DNA of 64,000 nt from an uncultured bacterium (GCA_938074205.1 CALJES010000012.1:192080-256079); one strand, 5' to 3'; shown: positions 36,412 through 47,008, counted from the first letter of the stretch. Translations and numbers: made by a program. The notes: generated from the sequence alone by a model not told the origin.

Positions 36412-37824
36412 TTAAGCCAGCCTGTCAGGTAGTAAATCGCACTTCAACAAATCATCGAGAGTTTCTCTGCGCACGACAAGATCTACCTTCCCATCGCGGA
36501 CAAATACGACCGGAGGCCTAGTAAAACGATTGTAATTGGACGCCATCGAATAGTTATATGCACCGGTTGACTGGACAGCTAAGATATCACCCGTCTCGAC
36601 CCGAGGCAGCTTGATGTGGGGTATAAGCATATCCGTCTCGCAGTGGCGGCCTGAGATTGTATAATCATACGTCGGCTCGTCACCTGCCTTGTTGGCTATC
36701 AACGCTGAATAGAGTGCATCGTAGAGCGCGGGCCTCGGGTTGTCAGACAGCCCCCCGTCGACTGAAACATAGACCCGCTTGCCCGGCGGCTCCGGAATGT
36801 TCACCTCTTTTATTGGACCGACTGTGTAGAGAGTAGTGCCTGCCTCACCGACAATAGACCTGCCCGGTTCAACGAATAATTTAGGTTTGCTGAGCCCCGC
36901 CTCAGCAATACCTTCGAGAACTGCTCGGCTTAGTGACCTTGCAAGTTCGTCGATCGAAGGCGGATGATGTTCTGGGAGATATCGAATTCCCAACCCCCCG
37001 CCCATGTCCAGAACCGACAGCACGACCCCTACCTCATCGCGGACCTGTTTCAGGAAACCCGTCATAACAGGTGCAGCTTCAGTGTAAGGGGTCACCTCCA
37101 AGAGCTGACTCCCGATGTGACAGTGAATGCCATGCAGCTCAATGCCCGGTAGCTCGAGAGCGCGTTTGACGGCCGCCATAGCAGAGCCGTCTTTGATGTT
37201 GAATCCGAACTTGCTGTCCTCCTTGCCGGTACTGATAAGGCGATGGGTGTGGGGATCAACACCGGGGTTGCATCTTATCAGTATCGGCTGGATGCGCCCT
37301 GCGGCTTGTGCGGTTGAGCTGAGCTGGTCAAGTTCGACAAAGCTATCGACAACCACGAATCCTACGCCGTATGCGATAGCCATCTGTAGTTCCTGCAGTG
37401 TTTTGTAGTTGCCGTGAAAGAGGATTCTTTCAGGTGGGAAGTTGCCTTTCAAAGCTGTGTATAGCTCTCCGGCACTGGCGACGTCGAGCCACATGTCAAG
37501 TTTTGCCATCAATGCACACATAGCAGTCACGATGAACGCTTTACCGGCGTAGGCAATTGCATAGTCGCCGTATTCTCTATCAAAAGCCTGTTTGTATACC
37601 ACACAGTTGTGTGTTACAAGCGCCTCATCAACTACGTAGAGCGGTGTGCCGAACTCTGCGGCCAGTTCTACCGCATCGCACCCGCCTATTTCAAGGTGAT
37701 TGTGTTGATTTACTTTCTGAGTTCCGAGAAGCATATAGCGATTCCCCAACAGTTTGTTGCATAAAAAAACGAACCAGGCGTCCCTGCCTCCTATGGTCAG
37801 CCGGTTCGATACTAAATCTACCAC
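36412..37824 (-). CDS. lysA: Diaminopimelate decarboxylase (fold-III PLP enzyme)
   Basis: AYAGKAF (PLP Lys region), GxGG loop DMGGGLGIRY, EPGRSIVGEAG and the C-terminal CE..D motif. The N-terminus is probably shorter (MLLGTQ..). Confidence 0.85.
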   Translation of the reverse strand: MVDLVSNRLTIGGRDAWFVFLCNKLLGNRYMLLGTQKVNQHNHLEIGGCDAVELAAEFGTPLYVVDEALVTHNCVVYKQAFDREYGDYAIAYAGKAFIVTAMCALMAKLDMWLDVASAGELYTALKGNFPPERILFHGNYKTLQELQMAIAYGVGFVVVDSFVELDQLSSTAQAAGRIQPILIRCNPGVDPHTHRLISTGKEDSKFGFNIKDGSAMAAVKRALELPGIELHGIHCHIGSQLLEVTPYTEAAPVMTGFLKQVRDEVGVVLSVLDMGGGLGIRYLPEHHPPSIDELARSLSRAVLEGIAEAGLSKPKLFVEPGRSIVGEAGTTLYTVGPIKEVNIPEPPGKRVYVSVDGGLSDNPRPALYDALYSALIANKAGDEPTYDYTISGRHCETDMLIPHIKLPRVETGDILAVQSTGAYNYSMASNYNRFTRPPVVFVRDGKVDLVVRRETLDDLLKCDLLPDRLA

Positions 37825-38181
37825 AACATCTGCATCACGTCAAACTCGCTGAAGAGCTTAGCCTGTCCTGTACGGAATCAGGGGATCATATGCATTGACG
37901 CGTTTCCTTATTGGCATCAAGGGGAATTTCTGAACCTCAAACCTCGTAGAGCGATTCTTTGTTAAGTGCCGTAGCTAGGCTCAAGTCCGTCGGCTGGCAG
38001 AGGAACGAAGCTAACCCTCGCACGATGCTATACCGAATGTGCATCGAGCTCAGCTTGACGTGGCGAGTGAAAAAGTTTTACGCAACTAGTCGCCTTCGCG
38101 CGAACAACCTCACACTACTTCCTCTCGCCCAGACATTGACCTCTCGCCCCAGAGGTGTTATACTATAGCTGCCGCATCAAC

Positions 38182-38257
38182 GGGTCGGTAACTCAGCAGG
38201 TAGAGTATCGCCCTTTTAAGGCGAGAGTCACGGGTTCGAGTCCCGTCCGACCCACCA
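38182..38257 (+). tRNA. tRNA-Lys (anticodon TTT), CCA encoded
   Basis: GGGTCGG-TA-ACTC..GAGT, anticodon stem TCGCC/GGCGA with loop CTTTTAA, T-arm ACGGG-TTCGAGT-CCCGT, and acceptor CCGACCC + A + CCA. Confidence 0.85.
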
Positions 38258-38397
38258 CCCTCTTGATCGCTGCCGCGTAGCTATTCGGAAGTACCTCGGG
38301 CGCAAAGTTGGAAGCTGAAGGAATTCTGGTATATGTGTCCTACATACAGTGCGCCACCAACGTGTGGTAGCGCAGTCCGAAAAAGCCCATTCAGTTC

Positions 38398-39321
38398 TTA
38401 GAGCAGGCTTGTGCTGAAATACCTTTCAGCTCTGTCAGGAAGCACCGTAACGACTCGACACTCAGGTCCGAGTTTTTCAGATAGCTTCAGCGCCGACCAT
38501 ACGTTTGCGCCTGATGAAGTTCCTACCAAGCACCCCTCGACCGCTGCCAGCTCGCGCGTGGTGCGAATCGCATCCTCGTCAGACACCGTTATTATTTCAT
38601 CAATGAGTTCAACGTCCAGGACTGGCGGAACGAAGCCATCTCCGATTCCCTGGATCTGATGAAACCCCGGCTCGTGCCCGAGCAACGCCGCTGAGTTTGC
38701 AGGTTCCACTGCAGCAATGACGACGTCCGGAAGCCGTTCCTTCAGGTAGCGCCCGACTCCGGTCAAAGTGCCGCCGCTGCCGACGCCCGCCACAAATGCG
38801 TCGATTTGACCTTCCATTTGTTCCCACAGCTCTGGTGCAGTCGTCAGGTAATGTGCCTCCGGGTTCAGAGGATTGACGAATTGTCCCACCAGGAACGAAT
38901 TCTCAATCTGTGCCTTGATCTCCTCGGCTCTTGCACAAGCGCCCGCAATACCCTCCTCAGCTGGCGTTTCGACGAGCTGTGCGCCTAGCGCGCGTATTAT
39001 TTTCTTGCGTTCTTCACTCATGTCGGAGGGCATGCAAATTATCACCGTGTACCCCTTTAGCCTGCCGACAAAAGATACGGCAATTCCCGTGTTGCCGCTT
39101 GTGGCTTCAATTATCGTGAATCCCGGTTTCAGCTCGCCGGTTTTTTCAGCCTGTTCGATAATGTATTTCGCAACTCGATCTTTTATGCTGCCGGCAGGGT
39201 TCAAGAACTCAGCCTTGGCATATACGCAGCCGTTCCCCATCCGCCGGAGATGTAACATAGGTGTGTTGCCGACCAAATCTAGGGTAGTCTCGAAGCAGGC
39301 TAATTTGTCCTGCAGTGTCAA
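38398..39321 (-). CDS. cysK: Cysteine synthase (O-acetylserine sulfhydrylase)
   Basis: PLP-lysine motif GSIKDRVAKYII, TSGNTGIA and GVGSGGTLTG loops. Confidence 0.85.
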   Translation of the reverse strand: MTLQDKLACFETTLDLVGNTPMLHLRRMGNGCVYAKAEFLNPAGSIKDRVAKYIIEQAEKTGELKPGFTIIEATSGNTGIAVSFVGRLKGYTVIICMPSDMSEERKKIIRALGAQLVETPAEEGIAGACARAEEIKAQIENSFLVGQFVNPLNPEAHYLTTAPELWEQMEGQIDAFVAGVGSGGTLTGVGRYLKERLPDVVIAAVEPANSAALLGHEPGFHQIQGIGDGFVPPVLDVELIDEIITVSDEDAIRTTRELAAVEGCLVGTSSGANVWSALKLSEKLGPECRVVTVLPDRAERYFSTSLL

Positions 39322-39379
39322 TTCGCGCCTCCAGTAGGTACGGATAACGAGTCAATTATGCTGGGGTCTGTCCGTGAAG

Positions 39380-40690
39380 TCAACAGCCGGTTTTGAGATC
39401 AACCTGATTTTCTGAAGTAGGTTTCTGCTCGAACTGTGCAAGCTTGGGTTTCAGCTCAGGGGTAACCTCGACGTGAACAAGCACACCGTTGGGCATGTAA
39501 TCCACCTGCAACACTCGTCCGCTTTTGTGGCAAAGAGCTAGCAAGTCTCCCCGTGAATAGGGAATCAGTGCCGCAACCTCTTTTCTCACTCGTCCCAAGA
39601 CTTGGCTTATCAGCCTTAATAAGTGTTCCTTGCCTTCACCGGTGAGTGCGGACATATAGCACGAGTCGGGCGTCTCCGCGACTAACCGTCGAAGCTCATA
39701 TTGATTCGATACAGCATCAGATTTGTTGAAAACAGTGATAGTGGGTTTGTTATGCGCGCCGATTTCTCGTAGGACTTCGGCAACAGCCTTGCGTTGCTCT
39801 TCGAAGAACTCGTGGCTGGCATCTACAACGTGAATCAGGAAGTCTGCTTCTGTAACTTCCTCAAGTGTGGCTCGGAATGCGGCAATCAGGTGATGTGGAA
39901 GATTTCGCAGAAAACCGACCGTGTCGGAAAGTATGACTGATTCTCCTTGAGCCAAAGTTACTCTGCGTGTTGTGGGATCGAGCGTAGCGAACAATCTAGG
40001 ATGCGCTTCAACATCAGAACCCGCGAGCAGGTTAAGTAGTGTAGACTTACCGGCACTGGTATAGCCTACCAGGGCACCGGTAGGGATCATAAGCTGCCGT
40101 CGGCCTCTCTTTTGTATACTCCGGCGTTGCACGACCTCTTGCAGTTCGCGCTTGAGCGTCGCGATTCGCCTTCTCACGCGGCGCCGATCCATTTCCAGTT
40201 TGGTTTCACCAGGACCGCGTGTCGCAATTCCCCCAGCACTACCGCCGCCGATTCGTGATAGCTCCGTGCCTTTCCCAGTAAGTCTAGGCAACAGATACTG
40301 AAGCTGGGCGAGCTCCACTTGAAGCTTTCCTTCACTGGTTCGGGCTCTCTGGGCGAATATGTCCAGAATTAGCTGAGTTCGGTCGACAACTCTTACCCCC
40401 GTTATCTCTTCGAGGTTTCTCTGCTGGGTAGGCGTCAGGTCTTCGCTCAGGACAACCAGGTCCGCCTGGGAATCCTGGACGCTCAGGAATAGCTCTTCTG
40501 CCTGGCCCTTGCCGATCAGGTATCGGGGGTCGGGACGACCGCGGCGGACCCGCATTTCGTCTGCGAGGAGTCCGCCCGCACTGTCTATCAAGAGACGCAT
40601 TTCCCGCGCGTTGGCTTCCGCCTCGCGTTCTTCTTCGGGATCTATCAGTACCAGAACTACCCTATCAGTCACACCTTTCTCGTTGGCCAA
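39380..40690 (-). CDS. hflX: GTPase HflX
   Basis: HflX N-terminal domain followed by G1 GYTSAGKST, G3 DTVGF and G4 NKSD. Confidence 0.85.
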   Translation of the reverse strand: MANEKGVTDRVVLVLIDPEEEREAEANAREMRLLIDSAGGLLADEMRVRRGRPDPRYLIGKGQAEELFLSVQDSQADLVVLSEDLTPTQQRNLEEITGVRVVDRTQLILDIFAQRARTSEGKLQVELAQLQYLLPRLTGKGTELSRIGGGSAGGIATRGPGETKLEMDRRRVRRRIATLKRELQEVVQRRSIQKRGRRQLMIPTGALVGYTSAGKSTLLNLLAGSDVEAHPRLFATLDPTTRRVTLAQGESVILSDTVGFLRNLPHHLIAAFRATLEEVTEADFLIHVVDASHEFFEEQRKAVAEVLREIGAHNKPTITVFNKSDAVSNQYELRRLVAETPDSCYMSALTGEGKEHLLRLISQVLGRVRKEVAALIPYSRGDLLALCHKSGRVLQVDYMPNGVLVHVEVTPELKPKLAQFEQKPTSENQVDLKTGC

Positions 40691-40808
40691 GTTACATATC
40701 CACCACTGAGCGTGATCACACCTCCATCTTACCCAATTGGGAGAGAGTTTGCAAAAATTGCCTACTGATTACAAACTAAGCTAAGTTGAGTGCAACCCGC
40801 ACTTCACT

Positions 40809-42098
40809 TTACAAATTCAGGCACTTCCCAAGAAGGTAGTGTTTTCTATCTGGGTAGAATATGGTAACCTTGCCGTTTTCTTCCACCAGGCTGCAATAAG
40901 TTGCCACCTGTGTCCTATTGGTTCCGGGAGCGGGAATCCAATTCGTGTCTGCGAAAATCCGCGGTTGCTCAAATCGGATCGGGTGATCCTTTTCACCGGG
41001 AATCTCATATCCAACCGTGATCCAAGCAGGGTTGCGGACATTAGCCGCATCTGTCGGTCCTTGTCCGCCGTGTCCGGAACCGTCGTTGTTGTAAAAAATG
41101 AGAACGAATCTTCCATCTCTAAGTTTGTACAGCGGACACGGGGCAAGCGGGTTCAAGATAGGCTTACCTCCCGGTTCGTACCTGAGCGGTCTTGGCTCAT
41201 CCCAACTGCGTCCGTCGTCCTCGGAAAGAGCGTAGTAGATGCAGCCTCGCAAGGTTCGGAAAACGCAAATTAACCTTCCATCTGATAGTGGCTGCACAGT
41301 TGGTTCCTGCGCAACGCTTATGCCAGGTCTAAACGGGCTTTCGACTCGGAGACCGTGCGGTGACTTTGGCCAGGTAGTTACGATAAGCTTGCGGGGGTCT
41401 GCTTCCGTAAGGATATTTTCAAATCGTAGGAAACAGATCTCAGAATCGCGTTCCAACATTCCTACGCCTGGGTCGACAGCGTTCGACGCCCACCGTGTGA
41501 AACCGGCTAGAACATGCCCGGACAGAAGTACCACAGGGTTCTGGTAAACAATCCACGTCTGTGGTACGGTGGGGTCAGGATTGCTTATGGCATTCGGCTC
41601 GATAGGGTAATCGAAGGCTTCGGGACTCCATGTCTTGCCGTCATCGTCTGAGTAGCGCCCTCGCAACACCCCGGTGTCCGCTGCACGCGCATCGTCGATT
41701 CCTACGTTCTTGTTGTAGAAGCACCAAATGAGTTGTCCGGCTACAATGAGGAATTGCCAGCTAGCCATTCCGGTTCCCGGTTCATCATCCGGACTGGCAC
41801 CGTCAATTACCTTAGGTGGTGACCAAGTCAACCCGTTGTCCTCAGACCGGCTGTACATTACCCTTTGGTCCGGAGCACCTTCGTAAGTGGCAGACGTCCA
41901 CGTTGCCAAGTAAGCCCCTTTGGGTGTCAAAATGGCGTTGAGGTGTTGATTAGTTTCGCCGGCCGCTTTGACAGGGTCAGGTACATAGACTACGATATCA
42001 GGTTCAGTTCGCAACCATTCTTTTTCCAAATTCTCCAATTCGCACTCCTCCTTATTATGGCAAGGCCAGTATGTGACCCATGCAGTAGCTCTTGACAC
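40809..42098 (-). CDS. BNR/Asp-box repeat beta-propeller glycosidase (sialidase-like)
   Basis: Three Asp-boxes: SEDNGLTWS, SDDDGKTWS and SEDDGRSWD. No obvious N-terminal signal peptide. Confidence 0.7.
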   Translation of the reverse strand: MSRATAWVTYWPCHNKEECELENLEKEWLRTEPDIVVYVPDPVKAAGETNQHLNAILTPKGAYLATWTSATYEGAPDQRVMYSRSEDNGLTWSPPKVIDGASPDDEPGTGMASWQFLIVAGQLIWCFYNKNVGIDDARAADTGVLRGRYSDDDGKTWSPEAFDYPIEPNAISNPDPTVPQTWIVYQNPVVLLSGHVLAGFTRWASNAVDPGVGMLERDSEICFLRFENILTEADPRKLIVTTWPKSPHGLRVESPFRPGISVAQEPTVQPLSDGRLICVFRTLRGCIYYALSEDDGRSWDEPRPLRYEPGGKPILNPLAPCPLYKLRDGRFVLIFYNNDGSGHGGQGPTDAANVRNPAWITVGYEIPGEKDHPIRFEQPRIFADTNWIPAPGTNRTQVATYCSLVEENGKVTIFYPDRKHYLLGKCLNL

Positions 42099-42205
42099 CG
42101 ATATGAGCTGGTGCTATAACACTAGTGGTATTATACTATCATCCAGAACCGCGGGCAGACAGATAAATCGGCAGACCAACTGATTGACGTGGGGGTGGTA
42201 AGGTT

Positions 42206-42952
42206 ATGTCTACGGGCTGCAAGCACGGCGGGTTTACCCTTATCGAGCTGCTGGTTGTAATAGCTATCATCGCTATATTGGCCGCGATACTCTTCCCTGT
42301 CTTCATATCCGCAAGACAAAGTGCCGCACTCAGTAAGTGTCAAAGCCACCAGAAAGAGCTGGTTCAAGCTCTCATGATGTACACGGATGCCTGGAACGGC
42401 AAGCTTCCTTGGATACAGTTCCTGACCTACCACGATTTCGGCGGCACGCTTGCTCGGTATCCGTGGGTTCATATGGTTCGACTATATGAGCCCTATGTCA
42501 AAAACTTCAACATATTGCTTTGTCCTCAGAAATACTACGACAACTGGTATCGTGAGGTTAGGCATCAAGGATACGCTTACAATGAATGCCTCTGCGGGCG
42601 GTTAAGTACTACTCCAATTAAGACTTCGAGATTCGATGTTTATTTCATCGCCGACAGAGACGGCCGTCTGTTGGCTAGTATACCTAGAGTTTCCAGGACC
42701 CCGGCTTTCTTTTGCGCAATGAGTTTTCATCCGGCTCCCGGCGATTACGGTCCCAACGGGTGGGGCTGGGAGCCCATAGATGCGCTGAACTCGTATAGGA
42801 TGACCAATGCTCACAGAGGCGGTTCGAACTACGCGTTCCTGGACGGGCACGTGCGTTGGTTGAAACCTGCGGGAGGAGGCATATACAATGCGACAGATGG
42901 CTTGGACTACGATGGCAACGGCACGCTGGGCGACTCCTTGGTCTTGAGGTAG
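42206..42952 (+). CDS. Prepilin-type N-terminal cleavage/methylation-domain protein with DUF1559 (H-X9-DG)
   Basis: GGFTLIELLVVIAIIAILAAILFPVF pilin-like N-terminus; C-terminal HRGGSNYAFLDGHVRWL (H-X9-DG-like). Confidence 0.8.
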   Translation: MSTGCKHGGFTLIELLVVIAIIAILAAILFPVFISARQSAALSKCQSHQKELVQALMMYTDAWNGKLPWIQFLTYHDFGGTLARYPWVHMVRLYEPYVKNFNILLCPQKYYDNWYREVRHQGYAYNECLCGRLSTTPIKTSRFDVYFIADRDGRLLASIPRVSRTPAFFCAMSFHPAPGDYGPNGWGWEPIDALNSYRMTNAHRGGSNYAFLDGHVRWLKPAGGGIYNATDGLDYDGNGTLGDSLVLR

Positions 42953-42966
42953 GAGGGCGAAATAAC

Positions 42967-43713
42967 ATGGCGCGCAGACAAACTCTTGGGTTCACGTTGA
43001 TAGAACTTCTCGTCGTAATTGCAATCATTGCAATCTTAGCAGCGGTATTTTATCCGGTGCTTTTGAGTGCGAAGGAAAAAGCCAACACCGGTAAGTGCCA
43101 GGCGCACATGAAAGAGCTATGTGCCGCGCTGTTCGCATACATCGATGACTATGGCGGCAAGATGCCCAGCATGCAGTTCCTGAGCTGGTGGAAGTATGGC
43201 GATTTCGAAGTGCACCTGTACGATAAGTACGTCAAGAACAACGAGATAGTAATCTGTCCACAGCCTTACTACGACACTGCACATTATCCGCCGAGTATTC
43301 GTCGAATGGCTTATGGCTACAACGAGACCTTAGTGGATCCACTACCTAACTATTTCTACACGGCGCCCGGTGCCTACGGGCGGATTGAGGTATATGGGCC
43401 GCCAAAGTATTACATGCCTGGCCGAGGACGTATGCTAAGTGAAATCCGCACACCCACCCGTACGCCGGCGTTTTTCTGCACGTTCTCACACCACGTATCT
43501 CCAGACGGCCTTGCGCGGGGGTTCGGGTGGGGCGCCGACGATGCAGTGAATCCAAAGCGACATCCAAATAGGCACGGCAATGGTTCGAATTATGCCTTTC
43601 TGGACGGGCACGTGCGGTTCTCACCTCCAGCTGGCGGGATATTCTGTGTGCCTATCGAAGGTCTAGACTACGACGGCAACGGCACTTACGGCGACAAGCA
43701 GATCATGCGCTGA
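42967..43713 (+). CDS. Prepilin-type/DUF1559 paralog (tandem duplicate); ATG 42967 chosen instead of ORF-track 42856
   Basis: MARRQTLGFTLIELLVVIAIIAILAAVFYPVL and C-terminal HGNGSNYAFLDGHVRF. Collinear similarity to 42206..42952 throughout. Confidence 0.8.
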   Translation: MARRQTLGFTLIELLVVIAIIAILAAVFYPVLLSAKEKANTGKCQAHMKELCAALFAYIDDYGGKMPSMQFLSWWKYGDFEVHLYDKYVKNNEIVICPQPYYDTAHYPPSIRRMAYGYNETLVDPLPNYFYTAPGAYGRIEVYGPPKYYMPGRGRMLSEIRTPTRTPAFFCTFSHHVSPDGLARGFGWGADDAVNPKRHPNRHGNGSNYAFLDGHVRFSPPAGGIFCVPIEGLDYDGNGTYGDKQIMR

Positions 43714-43787
43714 GAGGCGCTTAAGTTGTCCTCTTCCCTTTGCGCGGCAGGATTAGCCAAAACTGATAACGAGTAATTGCAGCAGCC

Positions 43788-44927
43788 ATGATCCCCGCTG
43801 AACGCATTGTTGCAGCCTGCGAACACAGGCCTTATGACCGCGTGCCCACTTACCACGCTTCGTTTTCCTCCAGGGTTGCGTCCATCGTTTTGGGAAGGGA
43901 AGCCTATGTCGGAGGCGGCATTCAGCAGTGGCGCGAAGCGGTCGCGCTGTGGAACGGTCCCGATGCTCACGCAGAGTTTCTCGAGCGCAGCTTGAGAGAT
44001 GCTATCGACTTGGGCACAATTCTGGATCTAGATATGGTTCGTGTTGCATACTGGCGCGAACAAGAGAGGCCGACTAGGAGAATTGACGAATTTACTTTTT
44101 TCTATGGCGAGCCCAATGGCAAGTGGCGGGTGATGAGATACGATTCTCGCACCGAACTCTATCAAATGATCGATCACAGCGAACACTACAGGGACGACAT
44201 AGATTTGTTGGAAGACGAACTTGAGCGTACGGAACGTGCAGTCCAGGATTACAATCCCAGCCCGGAGTCTTTTCCTGAGATATCCCGAGCTTCATCCGCT
44301 TACAAAGGCTTTCGGGCTGTGCCTCTCTGGGGCGTCAGTCTTGGTATACCTTACGGATCACAAGCTTGGATGGAAGCAGTTGTATTGCGAAGAGGTCTGG
44401 TCGAGCGGTTGCTGGATGTCCAGGTTGAGCGAGCAAAGAAGACGGTTCAAGCTGCTGCTCCTCTTGGTGTGCGTGTGGTTCTGGGCGGAATGGATCTGGC
44501 GAACAACCGCGGTCCTATGTATTCTCCCAAGATTTTCCAGCAGCTTATAGTTCCCAGGTTAAAACAGATTGTGGAGTTTTGTCATCAGTTGGGAATGTAT
44601 TATTTCTTCGCTAGCGACGGGAACCTTTGGCCCATTGCAGACGATCTCTTCCCTATTGTCGACGGCTATTACGAGATCGACCGCCGGGCTGGGATGGACC
44701 TTCGGAAACTACGCGAGCTGTATCCCCATTTGACCCTCGTTGGTAACATAAGCTCACATACACTTCACGTTGGAACCCGTGCGGAGGTGATCGAAGAGAC
44801 GCTGTCGTGTATACAGGCAGCGCGCGAACTCGGCAGCATAGTAGTAGGTTGTTCGAACCTAATCGTCAGCGAGACCCCAGAGGAGAACCTTTTTGCTATG
44901 TTTGATACGTTGGAAACATACCGCTGA
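43788..44927 (+). CDS. Uroporphyrinogen-decarboxylase (URO-D)-like family protein
   Basis: N-terminal ERIVAACEHRPYDRVP is typical of URO-D/MtaA-like TIM barrels, as are the length and the periodic hydrophobic pattern. Function unknown. Confidence 0.45.
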   Translation: MIPAERIVAACEHRPYDRVPTYHASFSSRVASIVLGREAYVGGGIQQWREAVALWNGPDAHAEFLERSLRDAIDLGTILDLDMVRVAYWREQERPTRRIDEFTFFYGEPNGKWRVMRYDSRTELYQMIDHSEHYRDDIDLLEDELERTERAVQDYNPSPESFPEISRASSAYKGFRAVPLWGVSLGIPYGSQAWMEAVVLRRGLVERLLDVQVERAKKTVQAAAPLGVRVVLGGMDLANNRGPMYSPKIFQQLIVPRLKQIVEFCHQLGMYYFFASDGNLWPIADDLFPIVDGYYEIDRRAGMDLRKLRELYPHLTLVGNISSHTLHVGTRAEVIEETLSCIQAARELGSIVVGCSNLIVSETPEENLFAMFDTLETYR

Positions 44928-44953
44928 GATTTGGGTCTGCTGGAGGTTATCAA

Positions 44954-47008
44954 GTGTGTAGGGCAGTACTGATCACTTTCCTCTTTCTCGCAGTGACGAT
45001 TTTCGCCAAAATACCTGTTGCATGCGGTGCGCAAGTGCTGGATGCTTTTTTCGTCGCTGACCGACCGTTTCCTGAGTTTGTGCATTACTGGTCGGATTTG
45101 GCGCCGGAGGAGTGGTCGACTGCTGCGGAACGCGAAAGCCGCCGAACGCTGGGGGGATACATCCATGTTTATGTTAGAAACGATGCTGCCGACCGAGTGT
45201 CGATCGAAGATGTTTGCCTCCAAGGGATAAGCTTAAAGCAGGCAATAGCTTTCTCCGGACAGCGCAAGTTCAAGAAAGTGGCACAAGCCGCGAGCATATT
45301 CTTCTCCAAATTGTCCGACTCTGAACGCGGTGTTCTTGTGGCTGCAGGCGAGCCTGTCTGGTATAAGATAGATCCGATTACCGTGGAATCGGGCAACACA
45401 GCGGGTGTGGTGATCAGGCTCCGCCAACAACCGGCTACGCCAAGCATTGACGTAACCCTGAAGCTGAACAGCGGAAATCTCGATGTCTCCGTAGTCACAT
45501 CTCCGAGAACTTCACTCGTAAAGAGCCTCAGCTTCGGCAGCGGTTTGAAAGAAGCGTATTGTTACCTAGAAAAAGGCGACGGTGTGTCCTCAGTTAAGCA
45601 GATACTGTTGGACGGCCGTGATATAACGGCGGACTGCACAATCGCTTCAGACCCAAACATCCGCATACTCCCTGTGGTTTGTAGACTGTCGGATCCGCTT
45701 AAGCGCGGTTCTTTCCACACGTTCACCGCCGTGTTGTCTGACGGTTCTAAAGCCACAGCGGGACTTCGATGTTGGGACACAGAGCTATTCTACGGGATAT
45801 GGGGTGCTAGGTCGGGAAGGTCTGGAGATGTCGCACTTGCTCGCCGTTTTATCGACGAACTGGCCGAACACAACATCAACGGTCACATGATAACCATTGC
45901 TTCCGATGCGGTTCGGGAGTACATGAACAGTCCCGAAGGACGCCGCCACATGGAGCAGCTGGGTATTCGCAGAGTAGTTATGGATCCCGCCAACGAACTG
46001 AAGGCTGCCGCTTACTATTTGGCTGACGAACCGGATACGGCTGACTACAAAGTCGAGGGTGTGCCCCCGGGTTCCAAAATCGGTTGTCTCGGGCAAGGTC
46101 TGATACAGCGAGCGCACGAACTGCGCAGCATTGATTCATCTACGCCGAACATGCTCAACGTAGACATGACCTTTAAACCAGATAACTGGTATACGTACGG
46201 CCAATTGCCAGACATATTTGCGGCAGATCCGTATTTCCAAAGTCATCTCGCCGATGTTTACTATCGAAAACCCTATAGAATCCCTGCCTACACTAAGGCT
46301 ACCGAAGTCTATGCTGTCGCCAGCTGTGCGTATAGCGCATGTGCGCCGAAACCCTTGCACATAATTCTTAACAGCACACAGGTCGTGCAGAGCGATTGGA
46401 AGTTTCGATTCGCGACACCGGTTGAAAAACGAATCGAGGTGTATTATGCCTTAGCTGCCGGAGCGAAAGCGGTTTCATACTGGTGGTTTGTCCCACTAAG
46501 TGCAAGAGGCGTTGGCTCTAATGGGTTAGGAGCCGATACGCCTGAGGCGCGAGCTCTGTGGCGCGAGATAGGACTGCTGGGTGCTGAAGTTCGGACGATC
46601 GGTTCTCTAATCTCACGAAGCTGTCCGGCTGAGGTGCACGTGGAAACCGACCATAGATTGTGGGTAAAGAGCCTGATTTCAGGAACCGACACTGCTCTAT
46701 TCCTAGTTGTGAACGACGACTATGCCTGCGACAGGGTTGGTACTGTTATCAAACTTGTCGACGAGGCTAAACTGAAAATATCACTGCCAAAATGGCTTAT
46801 ACCAACAGCCGTTTTTGAAGTTTCTTGCGACGGCGTAAGTGACGTGAAATGGCAAGCTGAGGGATCAAATCTCGCAGTTGATCTGGGCCGAGTCAATGTT
46901 ACGCGACTCATCGTAGTCACGAGCAACTCAGCACTTCGGGGCGAACTGCAGGAGATCTACCAGTCGAAATTTGCGCAGAACGTAGCGAAACTGCGTTCCA
47001 AGCAATGA
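44954..47008 (+). CDS. Secreted hypothetical protein (684 aa)
   Basis: Signal peptide MCRAVLITFLFLAVTIFAKIPVACGAQ; no motif I can assign. Immediately upstream of the giant surface-protein gene. Confidence 0.4.
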   Translation: MCRAVLITFLFLAVTIFAKIPVACGAQVLDAFFVADRPFPEFVHYWSDLAPEEWSTAAERESRRTLGGYIHVYVRNDAADRVSIEDVCLQGISLKQAIAFSGQRKFKKVAQAASIFFSKLSDSERGVLVAAGEPVWYKIDPITVESGNTAGVVIRLRQQPATPSIDVTLKLNSGNLDVSVVTSPRTSLVKSLSFGSGLKEAYCYLEKGDGVSSVKQILLDGRDITADCTIASDPNIRILPVVCRLSDPLKRGSFHTFTAVLSDGSKATAGLRCWDTELFYGIWGARSGRSGDVALARRFIDELAEHNINGHMITIASDAVREYMNSPEGRRHMEQLGIRRVVMDPANELKAAAYYLADEPDTADYKVEGVPPGSKIGCLGQGLIQRAHELRSIDSSTPNMLNVDMTFKPDNWYTYGQLPDIFAADPYFQSHLADVYYRKPYRIPAYTKATEVYAVASCAYSACAPKPLHIILNSTQVVQSDWKFRFATPVEKRIEVYYALAAGAKAVSYWWFVPLSARGVGSNGLGADTPEARALWREIGLLGAEVRTIGSLISRSCPAEVHVETDHRLWVKSLISGTDTALFLVVNDDYACDRVGTVIKLVDEAKLKISLPKWLIPTAVFEVSCDGVSDVKWQAEGSNLAVDLGRVNVTRLIVVTSNSALRGELQEIYQSKFAQNVAKLRSKQ

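Noticed and set aside
37959-38168. 69-aa ORF between lysA and tRNA-Lys
   Set aside because: No RBS and a low-complexity product; the region is more likely the tRNA-Lys promoter/leader.
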